A stretch of 48,446 nt of DNA, the filler included, from Sphacelaria rigidula (lineage: Eukaryota), in the NCBI GenBank assembly GCA_964200075.2. It is 2 parts of 2 records of this genome, joined end to end, with 100 filler letters (N's around TTAATTAATTAA, not from the genome) between each part and the next. Parts side by side here need not be neighbours in the genome. Positions count along the whole stretch, not along the records: positions 1 to 24,174 come from CAXNAA020000217.1; 1 more part is not named here. One strand, written 5' to 3'. Below are positions 1 through 12,300 of this stretch, one piece after another. The notes beneath the pieces are model-generated. The model searched no databases and had not been told where the DNA came from. It saw only the letters and a program-made list of their open reading frames with translations. Every line of letters starts with the position of its first letter. Position 1 is the stretch's first letter. Position numbers and translations under genes: made by a program.

Positions 1-30
1 TCCTGCCTTTTTGCCCTTTGTCTTTGTTTC
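1..30 (-). CDS. Candidate exon 2 (partial, runs off the window) of the PRCC-like gene
   Basis: Minus-strand acceptor ...gggacag|GAA ACA AAG ACA AAG GGC AAA AAG GCA GGA (ETKTKGKKAG). It is phase 0, matching the phase-0 donor at 3951. Confidence 0.35.
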
Positions 31-85
31 CTGTCCCCGTTGCGAGACGGTCCCTGGCTCCTAGGGGGGGGGGGGGGGAGGGGGG

Positions 86-150
86 CACTCATTTGTTGCT
101 CGCCTTAGTCGTTTGACCATTGACTATGCATCCTTTTCGAGGTGGAGGTG
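86..150 (-). mobile_element. 3'-terminal fragment of a LINE-like element (same family as 44920-45150 and 46571-47927)
   Basis: ctcatttgttgctcgccttagtcgtttgaccattgactatgcatcc is nearly identical to ctcatttgttgcttgccttcgtcgtttgaccattgaccacgcatcc at ~44927-44972. It is flanked by G-runs at 64-85 and 153-159. Confidence 0.7.
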
Positions 151-959
151 GAGGGGGGGTCAAGTCTTGTGCCATGGACGAAGGAGCTTCAAGCGTAAAG
201 AAGTGTAGCCTGTTGTTTCCCTCCAGAAGAGTGCATGGTATCTATCTATACAGGAAAAACTGGCTCCCGGAACATGAAGTTCGGATAAAAGTTTTCAGTA
301 GCGCTTGCGGTATGCCCAACGATCGAACATATTTCGATTTCTTGCGTGACTGCCAGTCAAGGTCTACTCGAGAAGAGAAAAGAGGGTGGTGGGGTGATAT
401 ATATATATATATATGTGAGTAAAAGTGCAAGCTTGAACTTTGTATTTGCGATTGAACACGGTTTCTTCAGGTTCTTCGGTTACCACCACTCATCACAGTT
501 TCTGTTTGATCCCACTTGGAGAATCTAGAGACAAGAGTACCCAACACGAATTTCGGGGGGGGGGGGAAATAAGACAAATTTTGAACGAGATACGGGCTCA
601 TCGGTCGTGGGGGGTCCTATGAGCGTACAGTTCGCGGTTCTCGCTAGTTGATATTTTCGTTCGATCGAAACGATCCGGATTATTATAATGAACCATTTTA
701 TGGTTTGTTCTTTATTCTCCTCGATATTTTTTCGCTACAGCTGAACATATATATATATATATTCATCATATACTGCGATAACAGTCCCTCAATGACAACA
801 CAACATTGATAAGTGTGCACTGAACACGACCCGCTCCTTTTTCCAACGCTTATCGACGCTCGAACTTTCGATTGAAGGGGTAAAATCGTCTGCGAAAAAG
901 TCCCGACTGAGGGAATAAAAAGGTGAAGTATTTACGCCGGTATACAGGCTGGTTCACGT

Positions 960-1790
960 TCATCAACCTGAAAACACTCACGTACAAAAATTCACGTCGT
1001 TTTTAGGAGTTAGGCCAGTTGTTATGGCACACAGATTTTTGGCCCACCGATTGTTCACTTTTATGGCGTTTGGATCACTTTTTGACCCCTTAACAGGGAG
1101 AACCGCCAACACACGTCTCGGACACTTTGCATCACCCCACAAAGAGGAGCCTAGCCCACTTGTCAGATTCGCCCGGCTCCAAGGTTTCGACAGCGCCCGC
1201 TGAACAAAAGTCCGTGTGCAACAAAATCTACGGCGATTATTACAGATTATCGGGCAAACTGGCGGGGATCGGCAAGCACGGATTTTCGCACACGAATTAT
1301 TGTTCAGCGGCCGATCTCGAAACCTCGGAGCCAAGCGAATCTGAAAAGCAGACTACGCTCCTCTCTGTAGGGTGATGAAAAGTGTCCGAGACGTGTGTTG
1401 GCGGTTCTCGCTGTTTGGGGGTCGAAAAGGGGGTCAAACATCCCAAAACTGAACAACCTGTGGGCCAAAAATCTGTTTGCCATAACATCCGGCCTTAGAC
1501 CCTGAAATTGTGCACAATCGTGCTATGAGTAATGACGCATTTCACGAAGGTCGAGGCTTTTCACTGTTTTACTCTGTTGCCGTTTTTCGGGGGTCTCAGG
1601 GTTTTCCGGGGGAATTTGGATCCCATCGCACCCCCGAAAAGCTGTTTAAAAAGTCAGGGAGTAAAACAAAATCCTCCGTCGAAAGTTGCGTAATGATCCA
1701 CAGCACATTCGTGCAAACTTTTAGGATTTAACTCCCAAAAGCAGCGTGAAGTTGTGCGCGTTTGTGCAATGACGTGAGCTTGAAACGTGC
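960..1790. mobile_element. Older degenerate foldback element interrupted by the Harbinger-like MITE (ends approximate)
   Basis: With 1013-1497 removed, ttcacgtcgtttttaggagtta|gaccctgaaattgtgcac pairs with gtgcaaacttttaggatttaactcccaaaagcagcgtgaag (~1711-1752). Adjacent 790-870 resembles 26125-26210. Confidence 0.55.
1013..1494. mobile_element. PIF/Harbinger-like (Tourist-type) foldback MITE
   Basis: TTA|GGCCAGTTGTTATGGC...GCCATAACATCCGGCC|TTA gives a 3-bp TTA TSD (1010-1012, 1495-1497). Inverted arms of ~215 bp (1013-~1228 and ~1279-1494) include gagaaccgccaacacacgtctcggacactt and its exact reverse complement. Confidence 0.8.
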
Positions 1791-2090
1791 AAACTCCCAA
1801 CTACTCGGTTGTAGTATGATAACGTCTTATTTGGGTGAATTCCACGTCCAGGCGAGAAAAAGTGTGCGAGGTTTCCGAGTTTCTTGACCAAACTTGGTAC
1901 ACACGTTCCTTGGATTGCCCCGGGGCATGTCATTTTATTTCTATTCATCTAAGGCATTCTGTACCGCCTTCCGGGGGTCTTCACACTGGGACTATCGAAA
2001 GTCGGTAGAGGACGGAGAAACTTCGAAATATTGTCGAGAATACATTTTTTTTACTTGGAGCATCAACACCTACGGAATTGCCAAGTTTAA

Positions 2091-2298
2091 CCCTTCGACC
2101 GCGAGGGTAGGTCACCTGCTGAATCGGCATCAGTATTCACTTGAAAGAAGTATGCATGATCCAGATGGACTGCCCGCACCGCGGTCTAAGGGCTAACCCT
2201 TAGACCGCGGTGCGGGCAGTCCATCTGGATCACCCATGCTTTTTTAAAGTGAAAAGTGATGCCGATTCAGAAGGTGACCTACCCTCGCAGTCAAAGGG
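2091..2298. mobile_element. Two 102-bp piggyBac-like MITEs in inverted orientation, forming a ~210-bp palindrome
   Basis: TTAA|CCCTTCGACCGCG...CGCGGTCTAAGGG|CTAA|CCCTTAGACCGCGG...CGCAGTCAAAGGG|TTAA. Units are 2091-2192 and 2197-2298. CCC..GGG termini with TTAA targets are piggyBac hallmarks. Confidence 0.8.
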
Positions 2299-2634
2299 TT
2301 AAGGTCGATCTGAGCTTTTCTACGACATATGTAAGGAGAACCGTCACGAGGCTCCCTGAGTCATTCGTGCGTTTTGACAGTGGAAACTAGACGACGCCAG
2401 AACCCCACATCACCGAAACACCACGGTTTCGGGTATAATTTGACTTCGTGGAAACCGCTTTCATTTTTTCTTTGCCGTTAGATTCTCGAGCTGATGGTGA
2501 TTGCTACGATTTGAAGCATGTGGAGATGGGTGAAAATTGGACTTAGAAATCGTGTGTTCGATTTCAGAACAATTTGAAGGGCGCTGATTGGTCGAGGTAC
2601 CTTTTTGTCCTCAGCGCCACCACTATGATCTTAA

Positions 2635-2843
2635 CCCCTTGACCGACCGCGAGGGCAAGTCACCCGCTGAATCGGCATCGATTTCACTTGAAAGTATGCG
2701 TGATCCAGATGGACCACCCGCATCTCGGTCTAAAGGTTAACGCTTTGACCGCGACGGTATAGGTTACCTGATGAATTGGCATCAATTTCACTTGAAAAAA
2801 GTATGTGTGATCCAGATGGACTACCCGCATCGCGGTTTAAGGG
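2635..2843 (+). mobile_element. Two further copies of the same piggyBac-like MITE in direct tandem
   Basis: TTAA(2631-2634)|unit 2635-2736|TTAA|unit 2741-2843|TTGA. Both units share the internal motifs gaatcggcatc/ttcacttgaaa/tgatccagatggac. Confidence 0.8.
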
Positions 2844-3950
2844 TTGAACACAAATTCGGCTATGTCACGCTCTTCAGCTGTCCATTGCGGTCAGTATGAT
2901 ATCATGTGTGGGACCATTGGGTAGGTATTGCGAACGGCATTCGCTGGTGAAACAACTTTGCGTGAAAAGCGCGTACTAGCCTGTACACCATGGGCTTCAT
3001 GCACAAGCCACATTTTGCCACGATATATCAAATCTCTCTACCAGAACATTGATTTGGATCATGGTTTTGTCACAACTCTTATATCTACCCTTTCTTGTGA
3101 TTGCCGGGGAGCATGTCTCTGCATTTCGGCATGACTCTTCGACTGGGCAACGATGATCTCTTTGAGTTCATACAATAGCTGCGGCCATCACTGTCTAGCT
3201 TTTGCTGTATATGCGAATTGTCACTGCAAAACGATCCACGGTATAATGATACTGAGAGCGTGCCTGTACCCGTTCGTGTGCTTTCGGTATTACAACCACC
3301 GCGCAAACCTCGTCATCAGGCAACGCAAATCCACCAACCAGGAGAGGATGCAGATCAGTCGTGCGGGTTTCCACAAATTGTGAAGCCGCAAACTCTACAA
3401 AAGTAATCGAAGGCAGCTTTTCTCAGCCAATGAGGACACCCAAAATACCCTCGACGTGCGCGCCCCCCTGCCCCACACCGAACTTAGCACAACCGCTTGG
3501 ACTACGTACCGACAGCATCGTCATGAGTCCTCATGCCCAATACAGCCGGGTCTTTTCTTCAGGGCTGGGCAACAGCTTCTTTTTGGCAACCTCAGCCGCG
3601 GGATTGCCGTATGCATTACGGCTACTAATCGATCGGATACCCCGGTCACCAGTGGCTGAGCGTGCGACTTCCAAATAGTCGCATCATTTTTCGCCAAATG
3701 TGTACGCAGCTCGGCTGTCAGCTGGTCAGCGTCACTGACAGCCAGTATATAGTCTGCCTACCACCAGCAACATGTGCACAGTATATAATTCAAAGTGTAG
3801 ATCAAGGCCATGCCTCTGCTTGCGGGTCTGTATGAAATCCGAAGGAAAAGGACTTGATGTCCAAAGGTTGTGGGGAAACGGAGATCGAAACGCCTCACTC
3901 CATCTCAGACCCAGCCATACATTCACACCAACAAAGCCTACTAAAAGCAC

Positions 3951-5135
3951 CTGGTATGCACTATAGCCCGACTGATAATGTTGGTGTGCTCCATGCGCTC
4001 CTTCCACACCCCATTGTTGACTGTATACTACTTGTTGCGACCGTGATCCTGCTCCTGCTCCCACTCCCGCTGGCGCTGTCGCAATCCCTGGTGCGCCCAG
4101 TGACGGGCCGCCGCTGGTAGGCTGACCTTGCTCGGCGACTGCCGTCCTGGTTTCGGCCGACGGCGGTACAACTGGCCGAAGAAACGTCGGAGCGGGTGCG
4201 AGTGACTTTGGTTTCGAGCGAGACGGAAGCGTGAAGAGAGACGCCGGTGTGCTGCTACTATGGTCAGTGGTGGTCTCCTCGTCGCCCTCTGGTTCGGAAT
4301 CAGACCCGCGATCGTCTGTCTTGGCCAGGGCGGCGAGCTTGGGCACCTCCTCGTCGGGCGAAACGACCTCCCTGCCTGGTCGGGCACTTTTACTGCTCCT
4401 CCCGCGAGGACCACCATCGTCATCGCCCAGAGAAGCTTCTGTTGTTGTTTTCGCAGGCCCGGGCGCTTCCTCGACGCGACGGCCAATGTTTTTACTGCTT
4501 GCTGCTGCTCCGCCGCTCCCCTTGTCAGTCTCGACGTCTCTGGACTGCCCACTTGTTGCCACCTTCTTGGCCGCTACGGAGTCCCGTCGTTTCTGTTGAG
4601 ATTTTCGGAGTATATCGTCCGCGCTTGTGGCGGTGGATGGTTGAGGCAGCAACGAAAGGAGGTCGTTGGAACCACCTGCAGCCCTTCTCTTGGCTGCGCT
4701 CATTTCTCTTGCCGCCGCAGCAGCAGTAGCTTCGTTATCCAAGTCGGAGTCGCTATCATCCGCTACGGTGTCGCCGCGGGCCAAGGCGGCCTGGATCTCG
4801 GGCGACAAGACCAGCGCGCTGACCACTTTCATCTTGTGTTTTTTCTTCCTCTTACTACCCTTGTGCTGGTTGCCTCTAACTGCGATACTTCCGCCAGGGC
4901 CACTCTTTTTGCTCTTTTGCCTACCCTTTCCTTTGTGTTGCCGCGATAGCTCTAAGGGTCCAGTCATGCTGATGTCGGTTTTGCTCACCACTGCCGCTTG
5001 TGCCGGAACTCGTGTCGGTTGAATGTGTCCTGTCTTCGACAACGGCGTAGGTTCGAGTGCTGGCACTTCCTTCGGCCCTATGCCTTCATCCACACTTTCT
5101 TCATCTGAGGAACCATATCCACCTACCAGGTTCAT
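3951..5135 (-). CDS. Exon 1 of a low-complexity, probably nuclear protein; N-terminus is PRCC-like (proline-rich mitotic checkpoint control factor-like)
   Basis: Long ORF from ATG 5135 (MNLVGGYGSSDEES..., resembling the 'MSLVAY.SSDE' start of PRCC-family proteins) with basic KRKKKHK and LLSLLPQP/SLFTLP motifs. Coding-like composition stops at the donor CAG|GTGCTT (3951/3950). The family call rests on remembered motif resemblance; the diagnostic C-terminal domain is not in the window. Confidence 0.7.
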
Positions 5136-6186
5136 TATCGGTCAAGACAGGGCTTTTGGTGCTCATTTGACGTCGCCCACCCCAAGCAGCATCGCAGAGG
5201 TCAACGATTATGTTCATTTTTTTTCAACTCGAAAAGCTTCTGTTCGCTCAGACCCGTACGTAGCGTGACGGCGATGAGAAATCCGAAGAAGGGAAAACTC
5301 AGCGTGGAATAAATCTTATTTTTTTTCATGAGAAGTGCTCTCTTGAAAAGAATCCAGTGCCCTGCGGAAGCTATCTCCTTCTTATAAAGTAATACCTAAA
5401 GTTGCCAGTCGTCAGCGCCGAGGTGATCAAAATATTATGACTGTGGCTCCCGCGTGGCACCAAAAACATTTCGGGAAAACTCGGTGGGCTGTGTGTGATT
5501 TTTTCATGTTTTCCGTAATATTTACTTTTCCCCGTGGCTCTGAGCGCTGTATGAAGTAGTAGTCTTTGCAGTAATTGTTCATGCGTATGCAAGCTGTTAT
5601 TTTTTTGCACGTGAATCGCGTAGATAAATGCGCGATCTGGCACAAAAAGCACACCGGAACGGTGTGGCTGTGCCGCTTCAGCAACGCCTGTTGTTACTCT
5701 AACACTATACTGGCTGTTGTATGTTCGCTGACTGTTGTGTTGATCATGAGTAACAACGAAAGCGCAAACATTATAACGCAGAATGACTCTTTAAATTTGC
5801 CGTGTCGTCCTCTCATTTTTCATCATCGAGAAAGAGCCGAAATCTAATTCAGTTTGGGCCACATTGACCTGATGCAGGTGGACAGGTGGTTGTTGCAGGT
5901 GCGCGTAAGTTGTGTATGTCATTCGAAAATAGAGAAGGGTCCAAAATAAACCCCTCCAAATGCGACCTTCACAATTCGTTGTTGTGTAATGACCCAAACC
6001 CACCCCCCCCAACCACTATAGATTTTTTTTACTTGATACATTCAGCTTCACCTGCCTTTCTTCCACTTAATTGATACTCAGATATAGGTATCCCCGGCAC
6101 TGACCGGTCACCGGTGCTGTAGCAGTGGCCTTCGCGCCGTCTTGCTGTTTGCATGGTCAGGGCAAGCAGAACGATACACTGACGGT

Positions 6187-6263
6187 ATGGACAGCAGCAG
6201 CAACAACAAAGGGCAGGCAGGATCATCGTCAACACCACCAAGTTCATCGTCTTCGCAGCAACA

Positions 6264-6306
<43 letters not shown>

Positions 6307-9300
6307 CAACAACAACAACGGCAGCACCTTGCGGGTACACATCCGCAACGGCAAAGCTCGGGATCGGAAATTGCACGAATCCAGCAGCCGCAGCACGTTT
6401 CACTACATCCTTACTTGGCACCCCAAATGGCACCAGCGCACGGCGGCACGTTCGCATCTAGGGTCGCAACAGTGGAGAACATTCGAGGAGGCGGCGGCAG
6501 CAGACGGATGTCGGTGGGCGGAGGTGGCGGTGGCGGTAGTGGCGGCGGTGGCGGCGGTGGCGGTAGTGTCGGTCCAATATCGGGAGCAACACCTTCATTG
6601 TTTATTTCGGGCTCACAAGGTTCAGTTGATACGGGGGGCAGCGGGGTCTACAACAAAAGGGAGTCGGAAGATGTGCCGGACCCGTCAGACGGTGGCCTTG
6701 GCCGAGGCGTAAAAAAACCAAGAGTGGAAGGGAGGTGTGTGCATAAGAGATCAGTAGCAAAGTAGTCCATTGTCTTGGTGTCCGGCCCGTGCTACACGAA
6801 TGCTGTAATTGCTTCGTCTTGTGGTAATTTTTACAGTCGTCCACTATGTGTGTGTCTGAGGGATAATGTGCGCATAGTTGTTTTTTCGACGGGCCCGAAA
6901 AAGATGGAGAAACAGAAAAGATGGGCACGCAGAGGCAATTGTTATATACAAGACACATGCTAAAATTCCGCACCCACTTTGTCGATGACTTGAAGTGATG
7001 ACCGTTTTGCAAACCACGAACAACCTGAATCGATCGCTATTTGATTTAACGGACTGATACCGGTGCTGCACGCGCGCGCGGCGGGGATTGTTGCGTGCTC
7101 CGATAAACAACAATATACACAGGGGCAGCAGCGCGGCGCAGCGAGCAGCGGCTAGCGAAGCATGCAAGGGCATCACGTTGGAGGCTTTGCAGGGACAGTA
7201 TTACAGGCCGCTTTCAGACGGTAAAAAGAAGTTTTTCGACACTTGGTTGTCATTAATCAGCTAGTTTGTATTTTGCAACTTCCTCACGCAACCACGGTTC
7301 GTTTTGTCAGCACGGTGAAGGGGGGGGTGATGGGGAAAGATTTGGAGCGTTGCGTACGTTGTGCACGGTCCGCCGCCGGTTGACATCATTATGTCGTGTG
7401 CACCATGACATGGATGTTACGTATTTTGGCTAGTGCTATCTGAGCTTCCTTTTCAGCAGTGCAGTATTGAGTTGCACAAAACGGTGCACACGTTCTTGTT
7501 CTCTTGGACGGGCCGGCTCCAGAGGTGGAAGAAGGTTTACCCTTCATACATATAGAGCCATTTTCTCGTGTTTTTCGTGTCTTCGTGTTTCCCGGACGCA
7601 GGCCCACGGCACGACACCACCTTGAAGCTTTTTTTGCACCGCGTTTGTTGTGCACCATCTCTCGCTTGCGAGCACCCCCGACTGCAATAGCGTCTGGTAG
7701 GGTGTACTTACCGTACTGTAATGTGCTGTCGGTGTGGCATTACAACCAGTATGGAACGGTATCGAAGACGCCCGTGACCACGCAGAGTATTTGTCGTGTA
7801 TACATCGCCTGTGCGTATTTTTTGTATACCGTAGTATAACGCCCGTTTTTAGTTTCTGAGGTTTGCTGCACTGTCCGTGTACATGATCGTAAGCAGATCA
7901 TGACCTCCTTCGGTGCTGACCGACTGGTCTTGACGTCTTGTTTGTATGGTTCAGAAAATGCATCACCGTTCCATCATCCCATCCGTCACATTTTGCCCTT
8001 CGCAATCGGATGTTGCGCCCGCCTGCATTTTTTGTGGATAATTGATGCATCGCTGGCTGGCTGGGACTGGGGCTTTGCTATGCGATCTAAAACTTGCCGT
8101 GGAATTAATGGGCGGGCGGGGGGTGGGTTTTGCAGTGGCGAAAGATTTGCGCGTTTCCGTGGCGAGGCTACTCAAGAAGTGCCGCGAGTTCGGCATTTTG
8201 CGCTGGCCATATCGACATGTGAGTCAAGCGTCCGATGCATCGATCATGAAACGTCGGCTTTATGCATCATCATCAAGCGCTTTCTTGTACTTTGTCGTCG
8301 GCACCATCATAAACGTAACTTACGAGCCTAGATGTGTGTGGTGCGCTCTCTCTTCCCCAGAACAGCACAGTTGACACACGAACTGCCTCCCCTACAGACC
8401 AAAGTAAAACGCGCACATGTGTCATCTTGCCACTGGCGGATTCATTTTCGACAACATGTCAAAATTCGAATATATGGGGGTTTTCACATACATCAGCAAT
8501 CAACGAACACACAAGACGCGGGTGCGCTTTGCTCATCGTTCTCTTCTTGAGGGCTGCTTGCAACATGCGTTTGTGTTTCAACCCGGAGAACAGAAGCAAA
8601 CCAGATTTTCGGACGATGTTGCCGCGTTTTGTTTTTTTCTTACATATCGTAATTTTGTCATCTTGCTTTGGGACCTCTTGGGAGTTTGGGACGGTTACTC
8701 GTATTTTGAGAGGAATACAAAACGTGAGCTCAGTCATGGGGCGGGAAGGTTTCCTAAGTGTTGTTTCTGGAAAAGGATGCTCGTTTGTCTCGTCTTTCGG
8801 GCGGAGACTCGAGATTTTGACTCTTTCCCGGGAGTTGGCGTACATTGGTTACTGTTTTGTATCATCTCTCTTCAGCAAAACAATGTAGTGGGTCCGCATG
8901 TCTACGCCTTCAATGCCTTGGCTCGAACTTTTCGCATGGCACCAGCTTCCTGCCAGTGTCGGCGTAGTTGGTTTGTGTGTGTGTAGCTCCCACATTTATT
9001 CACATTTATTCTACAACTGTCGGGCATGGACATACATTTTTGGTCATCTACAAAACCGGTAACGTACATGCGTTTGTGGTCTTTCGGCACCACCCGGCTC
9101 AGGCCGGTGGGTGGGTGCATGTGCACTCGGTGTACAGACAGTAGACTTGATACATGAGATTTTTCTTGATTTGTTGGTGCGCTTTTACTTTTGCTTTTGC
9201 TTTTGCCCTTCCCCAGTTCGTTCGTATTGTCGCGTGATGGGCGTTGCGGGTTGGTAGACCTATCCGACAAACAGCCTCAGTGTTATTTTTGCCTCGAGGT

Positions 9301-12300
9301 GACGAGTATCGTAGAAAGCATGCGTTCATGGTGGCATGAGGGGGGAACGCACATGGAAATCGATGAGATGTATGAAATGCACACGGCGTACATGGAAAAG
9401 GGGCCAGCGGGGACGGGGGCGTTTTTGAAAAATGTCATCCTGACACCTAATGAATACCCCCGACGTTATTCTCCCAGATAACAGGTGATGATATCATGTG
9501 CACTGTGTGGTACGTCCCGGTTGTTGTCGTGCCGACCTCCATCTATATTCACATTGGACCGCGTCAAACATCCCGACATTCATTCCACATTCGGGGCACC
9601 TTGGGTGAACATCATCACCAATCTCAGTCATAGAACACAAAACCCCTAGATTTTTACCGCGATATTTCATTACTCCAAATCAGTGGAAGTTAGTATACTA
9701 TCGACTAAACTGGGGTCCGCCGATTTTTCACCTCGCAGTTGCGATGACTATGTAAATTCAACGATGTTGCACCCCGTACCTCGTCGCTGACTTCGTCATG
9801 GCTCCGTTACTGAGCAAAAGTGAACCGTCTGTGAGCTGTTCGTTAACTCGACTTGGCTATGTTCTTCTGCACTACGCAACCACGAACGAGTGCATCACGA
9901 GCAACAAGATCTCCAAGTGATTGAGATAGAGCTCCCAGTTATTCTTCTGATGCAAGTGTCTGTCGAGCGCCGCGACTCTTATCTTCGGTCATGTTCTTCT
10001 CGACGCTTGTGGTTAACGACGCGACAATCTCTTTATATTCGATCTCTGCGCTTTTGTCGAAACACCATGCCAGCGAGATGGATCCGTCGACCGCTCTGTA
10101 CATACCAGTGGGATGTGTCGAAAAAAAACCGCGTCACGTCCACATTCTGCCGTTGGGTGAACCATTACCGCTGTCTGTCGCCCGTGGTATTCCTTTATGC
10201 TACTGGATAATGGCCTCCGTGATTATGCCGTGACATACTCGTTCGTATCGAGCAGAAACCAGTCCTCGCGACAAACCCAGGAATACGCAGATTCCCCAAC
10301 TAAAGCAACCTTCGCTAGCGCAAATTGCGAAATAACATCCTCGCACAACCAAAGTGGAGAAAGTTACAGCGACAATTTGGATTCAGTGTCGTGACTCTTT
10401 TACCCTTACGTGCTCACCACGTTGGTTCTGGCTGCACGGCTTGGCGGATATACATGGATATATTCCATTCGTTTCACGGAAAGAACAATTGTTCTGCACC
10501 GCACAAAAAAATTACCAAACTGACCAACGAAACAGGTCTCCTCAAAAAAGCACCCCCGCCCATATCACCTGTTATTTCTCTTGCTGTTCGTTCGCGTTGT
10601 AGAGGTCTCTAAACCAAATTTCGGTTTTCGTCTGCCGATGAAGGACGTGGAGGCTCCAACACATATTGTAAACAGTGACGTGGGGAAAAAAATGCCCATT
10701 TCCGTTTTCTTTCTCTCATCATCAGGAACGATGACGCATTTTCTTTCTTGCCCTCGCGTCGACTCTCCGGCCCCTGATCGTGCCATGTTTTTGCTGTGTT
10801 GGCACACAGCTTCCGTTACTCCCAGCGCACGAAGACCTCTTGCACGACCTTTCATGTTTTCCCCGCAGTTTTTCACCTTGGTTTTGCTCGCGACGTTTTC
10901 GTACATTGAGTCATGTCGATGTTTTCACTATCACGATGTCGGAGGCCGCGTACCCTCCATCCGCGATTTTCGTTTTCTTCATGACGAAACGTCACAATTC
11001 GAGATATGTCAAACACGAAAAGCGGCCGGACGCGCACACCAATGCGTTGCGGCTCCGCCAGAGCGCGTCTCACGAAACGAAAACAAACAGCCCTTCTTTT
11101 TCAAGCTAACCCTAAATAGTTTTCCCTTTCGTTTTTGCACCGTTGTTTCGGTTGCAAGCATGTTCCCCCCCCTCCCCCCCGCCCCTTCCGGCGAGGAAGA
11201 GTGTGCCATATGCTACCCTCGATATCAGGGTCGGCAGGCGACAGCGGTTGATTTTGAAGTTGGTGACAGAAGCGCCAGGGGTCGCTCATCTCTCTTGACC
11301 TCAATGTGACGGGATTGCCTCGCAAATTGGTACCCTCGAGAAGTCGACGATGGTCGAAATAAACAGTTTGGTCCGAAAATCCAGGAGAAGGCCCTGTTTG
11401 ACCAAGGCCCTCTGTTCCGAGTATGAGACACCCATGAGTACGCGCATGTCAGTGTGCATCGATTCCCCGATGGTGTCCCCATAGGGCGAGACCGGATGAA
11501 CGGGGGTACACAGGCCTCATCGCACCAGACAGAGTAGGGAGAGAGGGGAGGAACTGGGGGACAAGGGATGATGCAGCGCGAGAGGCGGGGGGTAGGAAGT
11601 GCCCGACTTTCAATCCAAACATTTGTCACGCAAGAATAGTATGCTGGTTTTGGCGGGCAAAACTGGCGCACGACTGTTTTTTCCGTATTCCACAAACATC
11701 GAGGCTACGATAAGGGTCCAGATGGCCGAGCGTTTGGGATCGGTATTCACCTTTGCTGACACGGGTAGCGATATCATGTTGAATCCACGGTGGAGACGCA
11801 CGGGGGTGGGAGTGCATGGGAAAGGGGTGGGTGCGTGCATCGCGTGACATTGTACGCGTTTTCGGGTGGATGATCGTTCCCCAGTAGCTCTGTACCCTTC
11901 AAGAACGACCGATATTTCCGCTTGTTTTGATATGCCGTATACCATGAACACACCCGCCTGTTGATGACCCTAGCCCATCCCAAGACTTCGCGTATTCCTC
12001 CTGAAGGACAAGCGCCGAAGATGGCGCAGGAAAATGTACCCATCGAATTGATGCAAGGGCCACCGTCTGTTGCCGTGGGTGTCTAGCGCTTGCAATATTC
12101 CCAATCCGTCGCTACACACGCCCTGCCCTCGAATTCGTTGATTTTCTTCACGCTGACGTTCACGACTCGTGTACTTGTGCACGGCCCTGTTGATGAGGAA
12201 AGTGCTGAGCGCGAACATGCCAGGAACGCACGACAGACCCCGAACCAAAATCGAATGTACGAATTCCATGAAACATGAGAGAGCGGAGCTGAACCAAGCC

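Noticed and set aside
88-210. Possible minus-strand exon LHFFTLEAPSSMAQDLTPPPPPPRKGCIVNGQTTK
   Set aside because: Its second half is the LINE 3' end repeated at 44920-44990, and its phase does not fit the upstream donor.
2087-2847. CRISPR-like or attC-like repeat array
   Set aside because: The units are ~102-bp TIR elements with no unique spacers, there are no cas or integrase genes, and the context is eukaryotic.
4028-5268. Overlapping alternative-frame and antisense ORFs over the PRCC-like exon
   Set aside because: These are shadow ORFs of GC-rich coding sequence with no motifs.
8334-8986. 184-aa and 189-aa plus-strand ORFs
   Set aside because: Intronic, Phe/Cys/Leu-rich translations of T-rich DNA with no recognisable domain.
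10581-11309. 242-aa plus-strand ORF
   Set aside because: It lies in the intron between two RWP-RK exons that join in phase without it, and its composition looks non-coding.
11165-11360. Possible sixth, very old copy of the C-flanked LINE end after a C-run
   Set aside because: Similarity by eye is too weak to assert; it needs a profile search.
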